Below are positions 12,156 through 26,709 of a stretch of DNA of 64,000 nt, piece by piece. Below the pieces are notes generated by a model. The model did no database searches, was not told where the DNA came from, and was given only the letters and a program-made list of their open reading frames with translations. A program made the position numbers and the translations under genes. The DNA is from Octopus vulgaris (lineage: Eukaryota): contig OX597829.1 in assembly GCA_951406725.2 (NCBI GenBank), positions 15,190,001 through 15,254,000 of the forward strand, read 5' to 3'. Within the stretch, counting starts at the first letter, position 1. Every line of letters begins with the position of its first letter.

Positions 12156-15100
12156 TTATAAGATCATGCTCAAGGCGGTTTCGTCATTTAATCGTACCGT
12201 CCTTGCCACATTCACCCACCTTTCATTGAATCTTTCACTAGACAAAACTTCCCTCTCTATTCTCACTTTGCTCTTCAAGTGATACTTGAAGAAGTTGATG
12301 AGAGTTTGGCCAGAGAGAAAATTGTTTGTCTCTAAACCTTTTGCACGAGTCCACAACACAGACCCTTTCACCATAGCCACCATACAATGAAAACTGCCTT
12401 GCCTTTCCAGTTAAAGGAAGGTGGTGGGGAAATATTCTAGACTCGGCCAACAACTGAATTCGTCCCACACCTGACAGCAGCCGTTCGACATAAGCCCACA
12501 GGTCTGAAATATTTGGACATTGCACGAGTGCGCGCAGAACTGTTTCGTCTACATCTTGGGCAAGTCGGTCCGGTGTTTCTAGAACCGTGCCTATAGAGCT
12601 TATACCGAACGGGCAATGCTTCCCGATAGCACTGCCAGGCCAGAGATCTCCATAATGATCCTGAAGAGGCGGGAATGGTATTCCAGGTCGACGCCCAGGA
12701 TCTCCCAAAAAACGTTGTTGCACCTCTTCTCCACTAATCTTCTATAGAACGCCTTCGCACAAGTTTGATCCTGTCGGCAGAATTGCTAGAGGGTAAGGTG
12801 ACACTCGCGGGGCCATTCGCCCAACCTCTGTCTTTGTTTTATCCACGATGCAGTTCGGTCAGAGACAAGCTGCGGTAAAGCGCATCTCGCAAACGACGAT
12901 GACACCTGTCAATCGTCGTCTATGAAACGCTGGAGATGTCGCAATTTCAGCCTATGTCTGCGCATCATTAACCAAGGTATGTCCAGCCTCCATTTAGCGG
13001 ATGTTGGCAGTAAATGGATCGCCTGACCAGCGGAGGAGTACGTGATGGTAAGGTCGGGACAAGGCACGACGGTCAGGCGATAGTAGATGACGGATGCAAT
13101 GTACGCACTCTCATCGTTATCTGGTTCCAGTTCTTCTCTATTTGGAGGTCCGCACCGAACCAGATCCTAAGCAATTTAACCGATCCGGCGGTCCAGTATC
13201 CCACGCTAGAGACGCTGTTGGACGGTATGGGCTAGCTTCTTCAGGTGCCCTGTCGCAAGCCCACTGACTTTTCCCGGTTAATTTTCGCTCCCGTTACTGC
13301 TTCGTATTCTTATAGTGTCTCCCCGACCAGGTCGATATGCCTCTAGCTCGACACTATGACGATGACGTCGTCAGCGTATGCAGACACGCTCCTCCCTCAC
13401 CTTCTCTCGCGGATGCCCCTCAGCGTCGCCAGCTTCGGCAGCAGAGGCTTTAAAGCCAATACATACAGAAGCGACAAGAGGGGATGTACTTGACGGACCG
13501 AATGCATGATGTTAAATGGTCTGGACAGATGACCATTTACGCGAACTATCAAGTGGATGCCGCTGTATAAAGCAGCGATCCAACTGCGGAAGACGGGACC
13601 GAAACCAGTCGCCCTAACGACAGCCTCCGAGTAACGATGACCGACCTATCGAAAGCTTTCGATCGATCCAAACTGATCAGTGCCCTACCCATGTCAGGCT
13701 CCTTAACTACCCTGTCTATGATGTAGCGCATCAGATGGAGGTTGTCATGGATACTCCTTCCCGGTACGGCGCATGTTTGTATCTTGTCGACCAGTTTCTC
13801 AATGACAAGCGCCAACCTCTTGGCTAGCACCTTGGCCAAATTTTTCGAATCTGCATTAAGCAGATTGACGGCACAGAAATTATTTATAACGTCCCCCTTG
13901 TTTGGGTCTTTCTTTAGCTGTGTCACAGCTCCTCCACTCACAAAACTGGAGATATTCCTGTTTTGCTACCAATTGCTGTAGACTGTTGCCAAGACATCTC
14001 CAAACAAGTCTGGCACATGACAATAAATCTCGTAGGGCAGACCATCCAAGCCCGGTGACTTGTCTCTCGCACAGCCTGCCATTGCGTTCCGTACATCTGC
14101 GGCTGTGATGGGTCTTTCACAACACTCCGCCTCTATTACCGAAACTCGTTCTAACCCAGTTGTCCTGAGCATTCGGGCAAAGTGCTGCTGAAAGGCCTCA
14201 GACATCCTTTCGGGCTCGAGGAATTCGCGCCCCTGCTCATCCGACTGAAAGGTGGCTTTGTTGCCACACTGCAGCTCCTCCACCCGGGCTTCTCGGGTGG
14301 CTGAAATTCCTTCGTTTCTCAGAGCACGCATCCTAGCTCTCACAACGCAACCATCGTGTTTGGCGTTGAAGGGTTGGTCAAATCTAACTTCGCCGCCAGA
14401 ACGTTGGATGCGATGCCAGTTCTAAGTGTCTCTTCTAATTTCTTAACTAAGTCTCCCTCCATTCTATTTCGGTCTATTGCTAAAGTCTTGCTATACCTAA
14501 TCGATTCTGCTTTAATTTATCTCTTTAGGGCAAAGCACAATTTTTTGTTGACGATGGCCCCCTTAATTAATGTGCTAATTCGGTCTCTGTAAGCTTGTCG
14601 CGCCGAGGAAGACGCATTCAGCTTCCAGTAACTGGCTTATGATTCCTATCTAAGTCGAGCGTACAAGTGAATTTGTGATCTGTGTAGCTGAAGTTGTGGA
14701 CAAACCTACACTATCCATATCCACTGTCATTCAGTATACTCTATCTAAATACGATCTGGACGACCCGATGTCCATATTGTCCATATTGGCACATTCGGAT
14801 AGTCCAGTCGATACTTGTCAGACAGCTAGAAACGTCTGAGCAGGTCTATGAGGTATTTGCATCCCCCTCTCTTCCTATCTCTACCCACAGTCTAAATGCG
14901 TGTCCAAGGTAGCGTTCCAATCCCCCACAAAAAGTAGATTCCGAAACGTTCCCAGGAAAGCCTCTAGACGTCGAAAGAAATCCGGTTTACCTGTTAAGGA
15001 CTGTGCATACATTGTTATTAGTCGGAAAGCACAGCCGTTACTACAATCGACATCCAAGACGACCAGCCTGCCCTCCGAGTCTGGGAATACTGCCCTTACT

Positions 15101-15342
15101 TTCAGATCCAGACTCTTTAGAAAAAACACCGCAGTACCACCACCGCCCATTCTCGGCAGACACGGGGGAAAATAAATTTCGAATTGTCTGCCAAACATGG
15201 GCTGGAGGGTCCGTGGATTGGAGTGTCTAGTTTTGCTGATGGATATGATATCTACGTTTTGTGACTTGATGCCATTTCAGAGGTAACCTTATTTCGAAGG
15301 CGACGCCAAGCCACGTACATTTACACTACCTATTTTGAGCAT
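12156..15342 (-). pseudogene. LINE ORF2 (APE endonuclease + reverse transcriptase), frameshifted
   Basis: MLKIGSVNVRGL start; EGRLVVLDV; VGDWNA; KSPGLDGLPYEIY; LLNADSK.LAKVLAKRL; PGRSIHDNLHLMR; LDRSKAFDR; AYADD at ~13367-13381. Confidence 0.9.
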
Positions 15343-15842
15343 TACCCTAACGAAACTTGTGTTTTACACACAAGGAGAAAAAGAAAAAGGAGAGAGAGAG
15401 AGAGGGAGTCACTTACTATTCGAAAATTGGTTGCTTTCCTCCATAGAAGTTTCTGTCATGAGGTTTTTATATAGTTTTTTCGAGAGGTATTTTTGACATC
15501 TCCCTACAGCATTAAGGTAGAGAGATTTCAGTAATTGTGCGTGTTTTGCAACATGTGCAGGATGTTTATGTGTTGTGGCGGTGTTGTGTGTAGGTAGTTG
15601 TTTGTTTTAACATTGTCTTGTGTTATGTCAGTGTTTGACCTAATGTATTGCACCAGGTCCAAATTGATGGTGCTGTTGGCTGTTAATATTGTTGGTGTTA
15701 GTGTTTGTAGTATCGGTGCTGTTGCTGTTGTTATTGTTGTTGTTACGTGTGGGAGTTTTGTTGCCGGGAGTTGTGCATCTCCTTGCCTTGTCTAATTGTG
15801 TGGTTTGTTCTTTTCTCCTTCCCGCTGTGGCTATTTGCCATC

Positions 15843-16020
15843 GGATCCGTGGAATAAGCTACCGGACGAGATAGTGAAGGTGCCGACGACCGCTCGGTTC
15901 AAAGTCTCTCTTGACCAGAAATGGCCTGAACTCTTTGTATGACCACCCACCCTGTACATAACTCACTGTCCCCCGACATGGCCTTGCTTTTGCTTTTTAA
16001 GCCAATAAAAATTAAACTGG
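15843..16020 (+). mobile_element. 3' end of a CR1/L2-type LINE inserted in Tx1 ORF1
   Basis: DPWNKLPDEIVKVPTTARFKVSLDQKWPELFV* (15844-15942) matches the WN.LP...FK..LD C-terminal motif, followed by a short UTR with AATAAA. Confidence 0.75.
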
Positions 16021-16107
16021 TATTGAAAAAAAATTGAATTGAATGTCGTCTTCATCAGATGACATATCGGAAGAGTAAGAAAATGGGTGGGTAATGGTAT
16101 TGGGTTT

Positions 16108-16246
16108 CGACTTTGCCTTTCATCCTTTCGGGGTCGATAAATTAAGTACCAGTTACGCACTGGGGTCGATGTAATCGACTTAATACCTATGTCTGCCCTT
16201 GTTTGTCCCCTCTGTGTTTAGCCTCCTTGTGGGTAATAAAGAAATA
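16108..16246 (+). mobile_element. 5'-truncated SINE (family A) with 12-bp TSD
   Basis: GGTATTGGGTTT at 16096-16107 and 16247-16258. Confidence 0.9.
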
Positions 16247-17744
16247 GGTATTGGGTTTGATTTGATAGCGTGTTGATGCTGATGCTGTTTTCAGAGTTGG
16301 TTGATGGCTGTTGTGATGTGATGTATGGGAATTAGGGGTTGGTCTTTTTTCTTTTCAGGGTCCGGTACTTCTCGGGCTGTTGTTGTTAATGGTGGTGATG
16401 GTGTTGCTTCCGTTGTTGGTGGTGTTAGCAGCTTGGGTGGGCTGAGTTAGTTGGTTGTTTTGTGGAGTTCTTTCATCTGTTCGTAGAGCTGCTTCATTTT
16501 CTTTGTTGATGGTGGTGTGGGTAACAGTGCTGGTTTGCTCTTGGGACTCTGGTTTTGTTGTTGTTCTTGTTTTCGTTGTTGTTCTGACAATTTGCAGTCT
16601 ATTTTTAAATGGCATTTGCTACCAGAAAGGTAGCAACTTGGCCTTCGGCCTTCAGCTGTGGCATGTAACGTCGTGCCATCCGATAGCTTTATCAAATCTT
16701 GGAGATATTCTATTGTCTCCTAATTTGCCTGGATTAAAAGATCAAACCCTTGTCCAACACAGTTTTGCTGTTCCAGTACAGCAATTTCTAATATGACTAG
16801 ATTTTCTTCGAAATCTTAACAGACTGCTGACACCAGCCATCTTATTTGTATTTCAGGGGGCACACTCTTGATTCTCACCCTCGTCACCCGAGGATCTAGG
16901 TAGGTGAAAATCATTATCAAGTCCTCGCATTTGAGGGACCTCGTTGAGAAATCTTTCGTGCGTTCCTCTCTATCAAATCTTACCTCAATCGTGGAAAATT
17001 TTTTGCCACTTGTGGTATATGCTCTATAAGCCCATATGGGCAGTAGACATTTCTCAGCTGTTTGTTGAGTGGCTTGTTCTAGCTTTTTAGTCTTTATGTT
17101 CAGGGTTTCATGTATAAACTTTTTTTGAGAAATGTCTTACAAAATGCTTTGTGGGCGATTACGGTTTATAGCCCTATTTCTTTGTTCACTAATTTTTTGC
17201 ACTGTATTCGTTCTGTTGAGAAGGACATTAACACTCTTTTTTTTTTGTTTTGCTTTAAAATAGCTGCAAAGTTATTTGGTTTGTCAATTGTATTGTTGCT
17301 GGTGGTAGTGGTTTTTGTAACAGTGGTAGTAACAGGAGAAGTAATAGAGGTGGATGCACCGTTCATAGCTCTGTCGGAAGGAAAGCTTGCGTCAGTATAT
17401 GTATTGTGTTGTTCAAATGTGTGTATGTGTGTGCGAGTGCATCAATGTTTTCTGCTTTGTTCGATGTGTTCGGTGATGGTAATGGATGGTTTCCATTTCT
17501 AACTTGAACGCCGGAACGCTGCCATTGTTAGGTAAACTGTCCATGTCTGTTTTCCAGACAGAGGAAAATATTTATGAGATAAGATTTCGCAATATGATAA
17601 TTCGCCCTGAAAGGAAAATACTCGGGCGAGCTTCGCTCAAGGCCAGGCAGATGTTTCTCTTACAAAAATATATTTTCAGATATACATAAGCAAACACGAC
17701 AAAATGTAAGAAGTTACGTGAGACGACACGAAAAACAGGCAAAC

Positions 17745-18660
<916 letters not shown>

Positions 18661-18741
18661 ATATGCAGATTGTTTGCTAACTATAGTGATACTTATTTTA
18701 TTCTAGTATTCTAGTTACCAATGGACAATGAACTCTAGCAG

Positions 18742-18878
18742 TTAATTAAAAGTGTTTTTTTTCTTTAGGAATTTATTGACGTCGTCTACAATGATACTTG
18801 TTACATATTTTGACAAGTATTGAGTAAAAGCTACTGCAAAATCTGCCAAGTCTGTGTTGTCTTTCCACAAAGAATTAT
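18742..18878 (-). other. candidate terminal coding exon of an unidentified host gene
   Basis: Acceptor CCTTTTCTTCTAG, then an open frame NSLWKDNTDLADFAVAFTQYLSKYVTSIIVDDVNKFLKKKNTFN*; no homology recognised. Confidence 0.3.
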
Positions 18879-18943
18879 CTAGAAGAAAAGGCTTATTCTT
18901 GTAGAGCGTTCACCTCGATTTTAATTTTGCTGTCGTTGCGTTT

Positions 18944-19527
18944 GTGGTGGTGGTGGTGGGGTTGATGCAATTGTCTTTGTGGATGCACTTGCTCACGTTG
19001 ATGATGATAATGATGATGATGATGATGATGATGACGTCGATGACGATGATGACGATGTTGATGATGATGAGGACGATGACGATGATGATTGTGGTGGTGA
19101 TGATGATGATGACGACGACGATGGTATTGATGATGATGATGATGATAATGACGATGGCTATAGTAATGATGATTATGATAATGATAATGATGACGATGTC
19201 GACGACGACGACGATGGTGATGATGATGATGTCGATGTGTCGCTGTTGCTAGGGATATAGTAATGGTACTGGTAGTGATAGTGATGCTTCAGTGTTTTGT
19301 TTGGTTGTGCTGGTGTTGTTGTTATTGGCGGTGGTGGTGGTGGTGGTGGTGGTGGTGGTAGTGGGTGCGATGGCAGTGGCGGTGGTTGTGGTAGCGGTAG
19401 TGGTGGTGGTAGTGATAGTGGTGGTGGTGGCGGTGCTGCCGGTGGTGGTGAAGCTGTTACTATAGTTATTGTAGTAATGGTAGTCGCTGTTGTTGCTGCT
19501 ATAGCTGATGCTGCCGTTTCTGCTTCT

Positions 19528-19575
<48 letters not shown>

Positions 19576-19808
19576 GGTGGTGGTGGTGGTGGTGGTATTG
19601 GTGACCGTCGTCGACTTAATGATAGTTGTTATAACAAGATGTGTTGTGGACGTTGCTCCATCTATTGCTGCTACTGCTGCTGCCACTTCTGCATCTGTTG
19701 CTGTTATGGCGGGGATTTTGCGGTGGTGTTCGGATGGAGGTGGTTATTTTGTTGTTGCTACTCTTGTCATAGTCATCGTTCTTACTTTGTTCTCATAGTT
19801 GTTATTGC

Positions 19809-19884
<76 letters not shown>

Positions 19885-19975
19885 GTTGTTATTATTATTA
19901 TTGTTGTTGTTGTTGTTGTTGTTATTATTATTATTATCATTGTTATTATTGCACTTGTTTTTGTTATTGTTGTTT
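18944..19975. repeat. compound trinucleotide microsatellite (GAT/GAC, GGT, GTT, ATT)
   Basis: Directly visible; source of the poly-D, M, G, V, I and L ORFs. Confidence 0.95.
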
Positions 19976-20099
19976 TTAATAAAGATTAATAAATGATGCT
20001 AAAGGGCCTTGGTGGAATTTCTTTGCTAATATTCTCTTCACATAATGCTAACAAAAAGAACAATAATTTATACACTGAATTAACAATTTCAGATTATAA

Positions 20100-20128
20100 A
20101 CTATATATACATACATACATACATACAA

Positions 20129-20219
<91 letters not shown>

Positions 20220-20362
20220 GAAATATATGGCTGTGTGTTTATGTGTCTGTGTGTGTGTTGTATATATTCATATACATACAAATACACACATAGGCAAATA
20301 TATTACACGCACACAAACATACACATATATAATATCTACACACACATACATATATAAATACG

Positions 20363-20418
<56 letters not shown>

Positions 20419-20591
20419 CATATATGTACGGACAAATATGCGTACATATTTACATACGTGCGTATATACGTCGATGCATATTAACATAGCTTATAAGTTC
20501 AAGTTTGTTTTTGTTCCGATATATATTTCATAGACACATAGCTAACATGCACATATGCACACAAATATACATACGCATATTTACGGACATA

Positions 20592-20634
<43 letters not shown>

Positions 20635-20651
20635 GTGTGTGTATCTATCTA

Positions 20652-20691
<40 letters not shown>

Positions 20692-20700
20692 CATACACGT
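20100..20700. repeat. (TA)n/(CA)n/(TACA)n cluster
   Basis: Directly visible; similar clusters lie at 30740-31230, 38700-40190 and 43580-45080. Confidence 0.9.
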
Positions 20701-21418
20701 ATGCAATATCATTATATTAAAGTAATAGGGAGATTGTATTCAATGCAATCCTTGTTTTTACTGCATATTTCCTTTTTGAAAGTGTTTTTGTATATCAGAT
20801 TGAAAGAATTAATAGAAATCCTCCGCTTTCCAGAGGGCTGTTTAGTTGTTGTAGGTTGCTTTGCGTTTAGGTTAAGTTAACGCCAGCCTCGGCTTTTATT
20901 GAGTTTATTGCAAACAGATCACATCAGAGTTGCCTAGATTTATCGATAGAATATCAATATCAAGAGAGTAGCTATGAAAACGTTCCGGCCTAATAATACG
21001 CTACAAACGACTGTGAAAATATTTTAAGATAATCACATTTGGCTGAAGGATATTGTGAACAGTTGTTTAAGCTATGCAACCAGCTTAGCATATACGAATA
21101 TTGGAGGGGGAATTTAATACAAAAGCTCCGGTTTTAAATCCTGGTATTTAGTCCTTTAAATATCTTCTGCGAACGATTGAAGGAGGTGTATTTTATTCAA
21201 AGGAAAGGATTATTCTATGTCTACATTGGTTTGATTCGGCAAATAACTTCCTCCTTTTTTCTCCTTTTCTTACATTTATTTCGTTCGCGTTCACATCTCT
21301 CGGCAACATTTCTCAACACTTTTATGTATATATTGCTTTCACACATTTCATAAACTTACACATATAATCGCTCACACAAACGAAGCTATTATGCATGAAA
21401 GTTTACACATCCGCTTAA

Positions 21419-21496
<78 letters not shown>

Positions 21497-21932
21497 GTGC
21501 GTATACACACAGAAGCACATATAAAGAGAGAGAGAGAAAACATTTTATGAATATTTTCAGTATGTAGTCATGTAAAAATCACTATAAATGTGTGTGTGTG
21601 TGTGGGTGTGTGTAAAATTATGTGCTTGTGTAGAGACCCGTTAAACTGTTCCTGTGTGTGTAGTATGTATATATATTCACTAATGTATCATAGTTCTTCA
21701 TTTACAGATTAAGTACTGCACCGTTATTTGCACATTTCGCCATATGCAGCTGAGTATACATACATGCATATAATTCGCATTTATTTGCTGCACTTTATTC
21801 ATGATTTTTACAAATTTGTGAAAACGGTTTTAAAACCGTTTGAGAAAGATGTAGAAAAATTAAATGACTTCGGGCGTAATTATAATTTTTTTCTCTCTTT
21901 TTCTCAGATACTCTTAGATATACGTGAATGTG

Positions 21933-21974
<42 letters not shown>

Positions 21975-23156
21975 AGATACATTTTTATATGCCTGCATAC
22001 ATACGTACATACGTTTATACATTCATATATTAATACATATATATATATATATATAGTCACCAAATAAATCCATAAGTGACAATAAGTATGCACTCGTACA
22101 TTTGTCAATCGATTGAGTGTATTAATCAAACTGTGCAGTAATATATATCCATTATGTCTGATTTTACCAAACGGTTGTGCCCTGGGTATTATACCGGATA
22201 TTAGATAACAGCACGGTTACTCAATACAGTGTATTCGTCAGAGTTGGCAGCTATGGAAAAATATAGTGACAACTCTCCGTTATTAGAGGTGAAAAAGATG
22301 TTTTTGTGGATATGGTGAAGAAAGAGCGAACTAAAGAAGGGTTATATGGTTATATCTATGCCCCCAAAGGTTTCTGAGATGTAAGTCTACAAGAGTTTTC
22401 ACATGTGTAAGGTTAGGTTAGGTTGGATTGTGTCTATAGAAATCATATTCATAGGTTTTGGGGGTGAAAGGAGTGGTGGACGGCTGCCCGAACATTTAAG
22501 CCCATGCTAGGGCGCATATTTGTTTGTATGCCCTTTTGTCTATGTTTTGGTTCAATTCTGCTGTGTTCTCAGGAAAAGTTGGCAAAAGAGCCAAAGGTGG
22601 AGAAATGCTGATAGTCATAACGGGGCCCGTAGGCACTATAAAATATATCCTGTTTCATGTGGGCTAATGCTAACAGCCTCATTTCTGCAGTTTAGATAGC
22701 TATGTGTGCGCTGAGAGCTTTTATAACAGTTATTTTCTCTACTAAGCATTTTCTGCAACTATTAAAATAAGCCTTGCACTTCTCCTGTTTATGCTGTTTT
22801 CCGAGACACTTTCCTTTGAAGTCCATACGTTCCTGGCCGAGGCTGTGACATTTTGTCTCTTCGAGATATTGAAAGAGAGCTTAATGATTATTGAATTTGA
22901 TTCTAAACAGACTTTCTGTCGCTCCTGCATACTTCTGCACATTTTGTTTTTACCTCTGTCTTATAGACAACTTTTTCTGCGTTACAGTGGATATCAAAGG
23001 AACACATTGTATTACCTCCACATAAGAATCTCAGATTGGTGGTGCTCCAGCATGGCCGCAGTCAAATGACTGAAATAAGTAAAAGAGTAAAAGAGTAAGA
23101 GTATATATAAGATAAACTTACTTGCAAATGGATCCGTGGCGATCAATCATATAATT

Positions 23157-23215
<59 letters not shown>

Positions 23216-23249
23216 TACATACATATATGTACATACTTAAATATATGTA

Positions 23250-23800
23250 TAGATGTATGCATATATATGCACACAGAATGTTACAAAATGTAAACATCAT
23301 GAAATACGATAAGAACATGAATTACGAAATACGTAAACAACATGAAATACGAAGACAAACTAGGGTATGCGAACAACGGGAGAAACATCGAAAACAAGAC
23401 AAGTAACATAAAGAATGACCCTTCATCAGTTGTCATCTACTCCACATTTCGAGCAATTAACGACAATAAGAGGCTTCGAAAAACAGTTGCTCCGCGAACC
23501 AAAATAAAATATGGGATTTGCGGAGAGTCAAAGTTGGTAACAAAAACAGGACAGTGGAGACATACAACAAACCAAACGAAAAGAAACATGGAGGGCCGTT
23601 AGGCCAGACGAGGTAAGGTAGCAAACGCTGGAGAAATGTTCTCTGACAAGAGAAAATATAGAAGAGGAGACAGGAATGTACATACTCAAATATATGTATA
23701 GACATATGTGACAGACTGAAGAAAAAGAAAGACGATCATGTGAGGAAAGGAAAGACGGTCGATGGTCACGTGTGGGCAACGAGAGAAAGTAAAGGAAGAA
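23250..23800 (-). mobile_element. repeat fragment, probably a PLE-related 3' region; related copy at 51540-52090 (+)
   Basis: Both copies share GAGTAGA...GACAACTGA(T/A)GAAG followed by a T-rich tail. Confidence 0.4.
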
Positions 23801-23918
23801 GAGGCAGATAGATATATTCAGACATACATCCATACATATACACAGATTTATATGCACGTCATATGCATAAATATGTATAGACATATAAACACACACACAT
23901 ATATATTAATACACACAC

Positions 23919-23982
<64 letters not shown>

Positions 23983-23986
<4 letters not shown>

Positions 23987-24386
23987 AAGATAAATTAAAT
24001 ATAGAGATATTCTGTTGACATTCAATAATTTATTTATGCTATAATATTACATTAAATACTATGAATAAAACATAAGATAATAATATCATATAAATAATTA
24101 TAAATACCGTAAAAGGCAAACAAATTGTTTCGACTTATGTATATGTTTTCTGATATACAAATTCCTCTTTCTGAACCGATGGACCCTGAAGTGACTTCTA
24201 TATAATTGAACTGTGATTTTGTATATCAGAAAAAATATATATAAGTCGAAAGAATAGTTTTTATAATTATTTATGTTACATAATATTATGTTATCTTATA
24301 CATATTCATAGTATTTAATGTAATATTGTAATATAAATAAATTATTGAATGTCAATTGAATATCTCTATATTTAATTTATCTTTAT
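23983..24386. repeat. inverted repeat (arms ~23983-24162 and ~24216-24386) with a degenerate hammerhead
   Basis: TAAAGATAAATTAAATATAGAGATATTC is mirrored by GAATATCTCTATATTTAATTTATCTTTA; CTGAAGT-GACTT...AAGTC-GAAA at 24186-24251. Confidence 0.85.
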
Positions 24387-24510
24387 TATTCAATAAAGCT
24401 AATACGTATATGTTATCCAACTGAAGTAGAAGTGAATTGGATGTTTAATACACCTCTTTGAAGGATTTCTTTTTCCTAGTTTGTTACTTTACATATATAC
24501 ACACACACAC

Positions 24511-24569
<59 letters not shown>

Positions 24570-24659
24570 TATTCTTTTATTCCTTTGTTGGTTTCAGCTC
24601 AAAGCTGCGACCATGCTGGGGCACCACCGTTCTGCTACACTGTTATTATCGAGAGCCTA

Positions 24660-26190
24660 CGCTGAGATTTGGCATTTGGTGAATAAGGTATTTTCGACGT
24701 TGCTGCCCTCATTTGCGTCCCTGGCCACAAGGTAGGTTCTTCTGAGACTCTCGACTGGAAAAGATCCAGTTCTGTTTTAAAAATACCTACATCCACTATA
24801 TGTAGGTCCCACGGGCTCATTGGGAAAATATTCAAAAGTTGTAGGCCTTTGAAACCCAGTCTGTTGCAGTAACTGGCCATGAAACGAGACAGCAGTGTTG
24901 GGATATTTGGCACTGTGCATTGTGCGATTCTTTATGGCATTTTTGTAATCTTCAATGCCAAATTTTGATTCAGTCCTTTCCAGGATCTTCCATATATATA
25001 TATTACTGCATATCTCTCTCATCTTCGCTCCAAGGAGTAGAATCTTAGTTGTTTCTGCTTTTCCCACTAGCTGAGCTGTTGCAATGAGACGTTGTGACGC
25101 TTCCCTGGATTGCTTCAAGGTGCGCTGTTAATTTGATAATGAGGGTGATCATAAGTGAGAGCAGTAATCCAGACGGTTATCCAGACAGTAATTCAGACGG
25201 CTGAGGACGAATGTCTTCCAGAAGACCACCAGGGTTTCTGTCACTCTGGTTCTGAAAGTTCTCAGAATCCAGTCAGTCAGCCGTCTGCACTTTGTAGCCG
25301 ACTTGGTAATGTGCATTTGGAAAAAGGTATCATCACTCATGTCGATGCCCAGGTCACGCACTGATTTAGGTTCTGAAATTGTGATCCCCACTGTGCCTGT
25401 GTACCCTGTATATTTTTCGTTCAGTTTTTTTGCGCTGCTACCGCTGGTACTGGAATTTTCCATCATTAAACTGCTTGTTATTATCCTCAGTTCACCTGTA
25501 AATTGCATCCAACTCCTGCCGCAGGCGTACATTATCACTAGGGTTTTGTATTTTCAGCAAGACTGTCGTGTCGTCTGCATAGCTAGCAAGGGTGCCCTCT
25601 GGAACACCACTGACTATTTGTGTTTCCTTTGAGGTAGCACCGTTGGCCACCACTGCTTGACTTCTATCTTTCAGAAAGTAATGTAACCATTCTCCAAGTT
25701 TTCCAGCTATGCCAACATCGCGAAGTTACATATCATACTGTAACCAACTTTATCAAAAGCTTTTGCAAAATCAAGGCATATTACATCCACATGTGATTTG
25801 TCGAGTAACAACCTCAACATCCAGTCATAATACTGCAGGAGATGGGTCAGGCAGCTCTTATTTGGTCGAAAACCATGCTGGGTATCACGCAACGAGTGGC
25901 TTTCTTCAAGGAATGCGATTAGTTCCTCCTAATTATTCGTTCCATGACTTTTCTCATATGTGAAGTCAAAGATATAGGCCTATAATTTTGGGGATCTTCT
26001 CTGCTTCCTCTTTCATGGATTGGACATATTATTCACTCCTTCAGTTTACTTAGCAACTTGTCATTCGCAAGAAAACTGGAAGATAATCTGTAGTGGTTTT
26101 TCCATGGCAGGTCTTCACGACTTGAGATGGTTTACTGGGAAACCATCAGGGATATCAGCTGAGTTTGTGTCCACCCCATCTTTTTAGTAT
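24660..26190 (-). mobile_element. CR1/L2-group LINE RT remnant
   Basis: QHGFRPNKSCLTHLL; DVICLDFAKAFDKV; SYADDT at ~25570-25585; VRDLGIDMSDD; WILRTFRTR; C-terminal FKTELDLF. Confidence 0.9.
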
Positions 26191-26507
26191 TATATCTTCA
26201 GCCTCGATGTCGATGTAATATATCACAACCGCCTCCGTGGTTGTAGGCGAGGTGGTAAAAAAATCTACTGGTTCGTTCACTTGTCTGTGATCCAACGAGG
26301 TGTAGTAAGTACATGTACTCACACATATATGTCCACATATATAAGCATTCGCACATTCTTATACAAACATGTACACACTCATACAAACTCACACGCATAC
26401 ATACTTATAAAGGGCATATATACGAAATTAATCGTATGCTCAAGTTCAAATAGGTATAAACAGATTTATGGGTGTAAAATTTTACGTACGTAAAACTATC
26501 CATATAT

Positions 26508-26573
<66 letters not shown>

Positions 26574-26662
26574 GTATGTATTGTGTATGTATGTATATCA
26601 CTATCAGTGTATATATAAATATATAATACACACACATACACACATACACGCACACACGCACA

Positions 26663-26708
<46 letters not shown>

Positions 26709-26709
26709 G

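Larger units (their letters stand above)
15409..17366 (-). pseudogene. LINE ORF1 (gag-like, degenerate CCHC), interrupted by two insertions
   Basis: EGRRPSCYLSGSKCHLKIDC knuckle and a T/Q/N-rich C-terminal region; lies just upstream of ORF2. Confidence 0.75.
11929..17748 (-). mobile_element. near full-length L1/Tx1-like LINE (degraded), flanked by (GATA)n on both sides
   Basis: 5' UTR, ORF1 with a Zn knuckle, ORF2 with APE and RT, and a 3' UTR ending AATAAA-(TCTA)n. Confidence 0.9.

Noticed and set aside
18944-19996. Poly-D, poly-M, Gly/Val/Ile-rich ORFs, and similar ORFs at 31467-32111, 40390-41197, 57722-58195 and 62534-63027
   Set aside because: They are translations of trinucleotide microsatellites, open in several frames and on both strands.
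23423-23455. CTGATGA on the minus strand (and CTGAAGA at 51946) as a hammerhead
   Set aside because: I could not build a properly placed GAAA, stem III and cleavage triplet.
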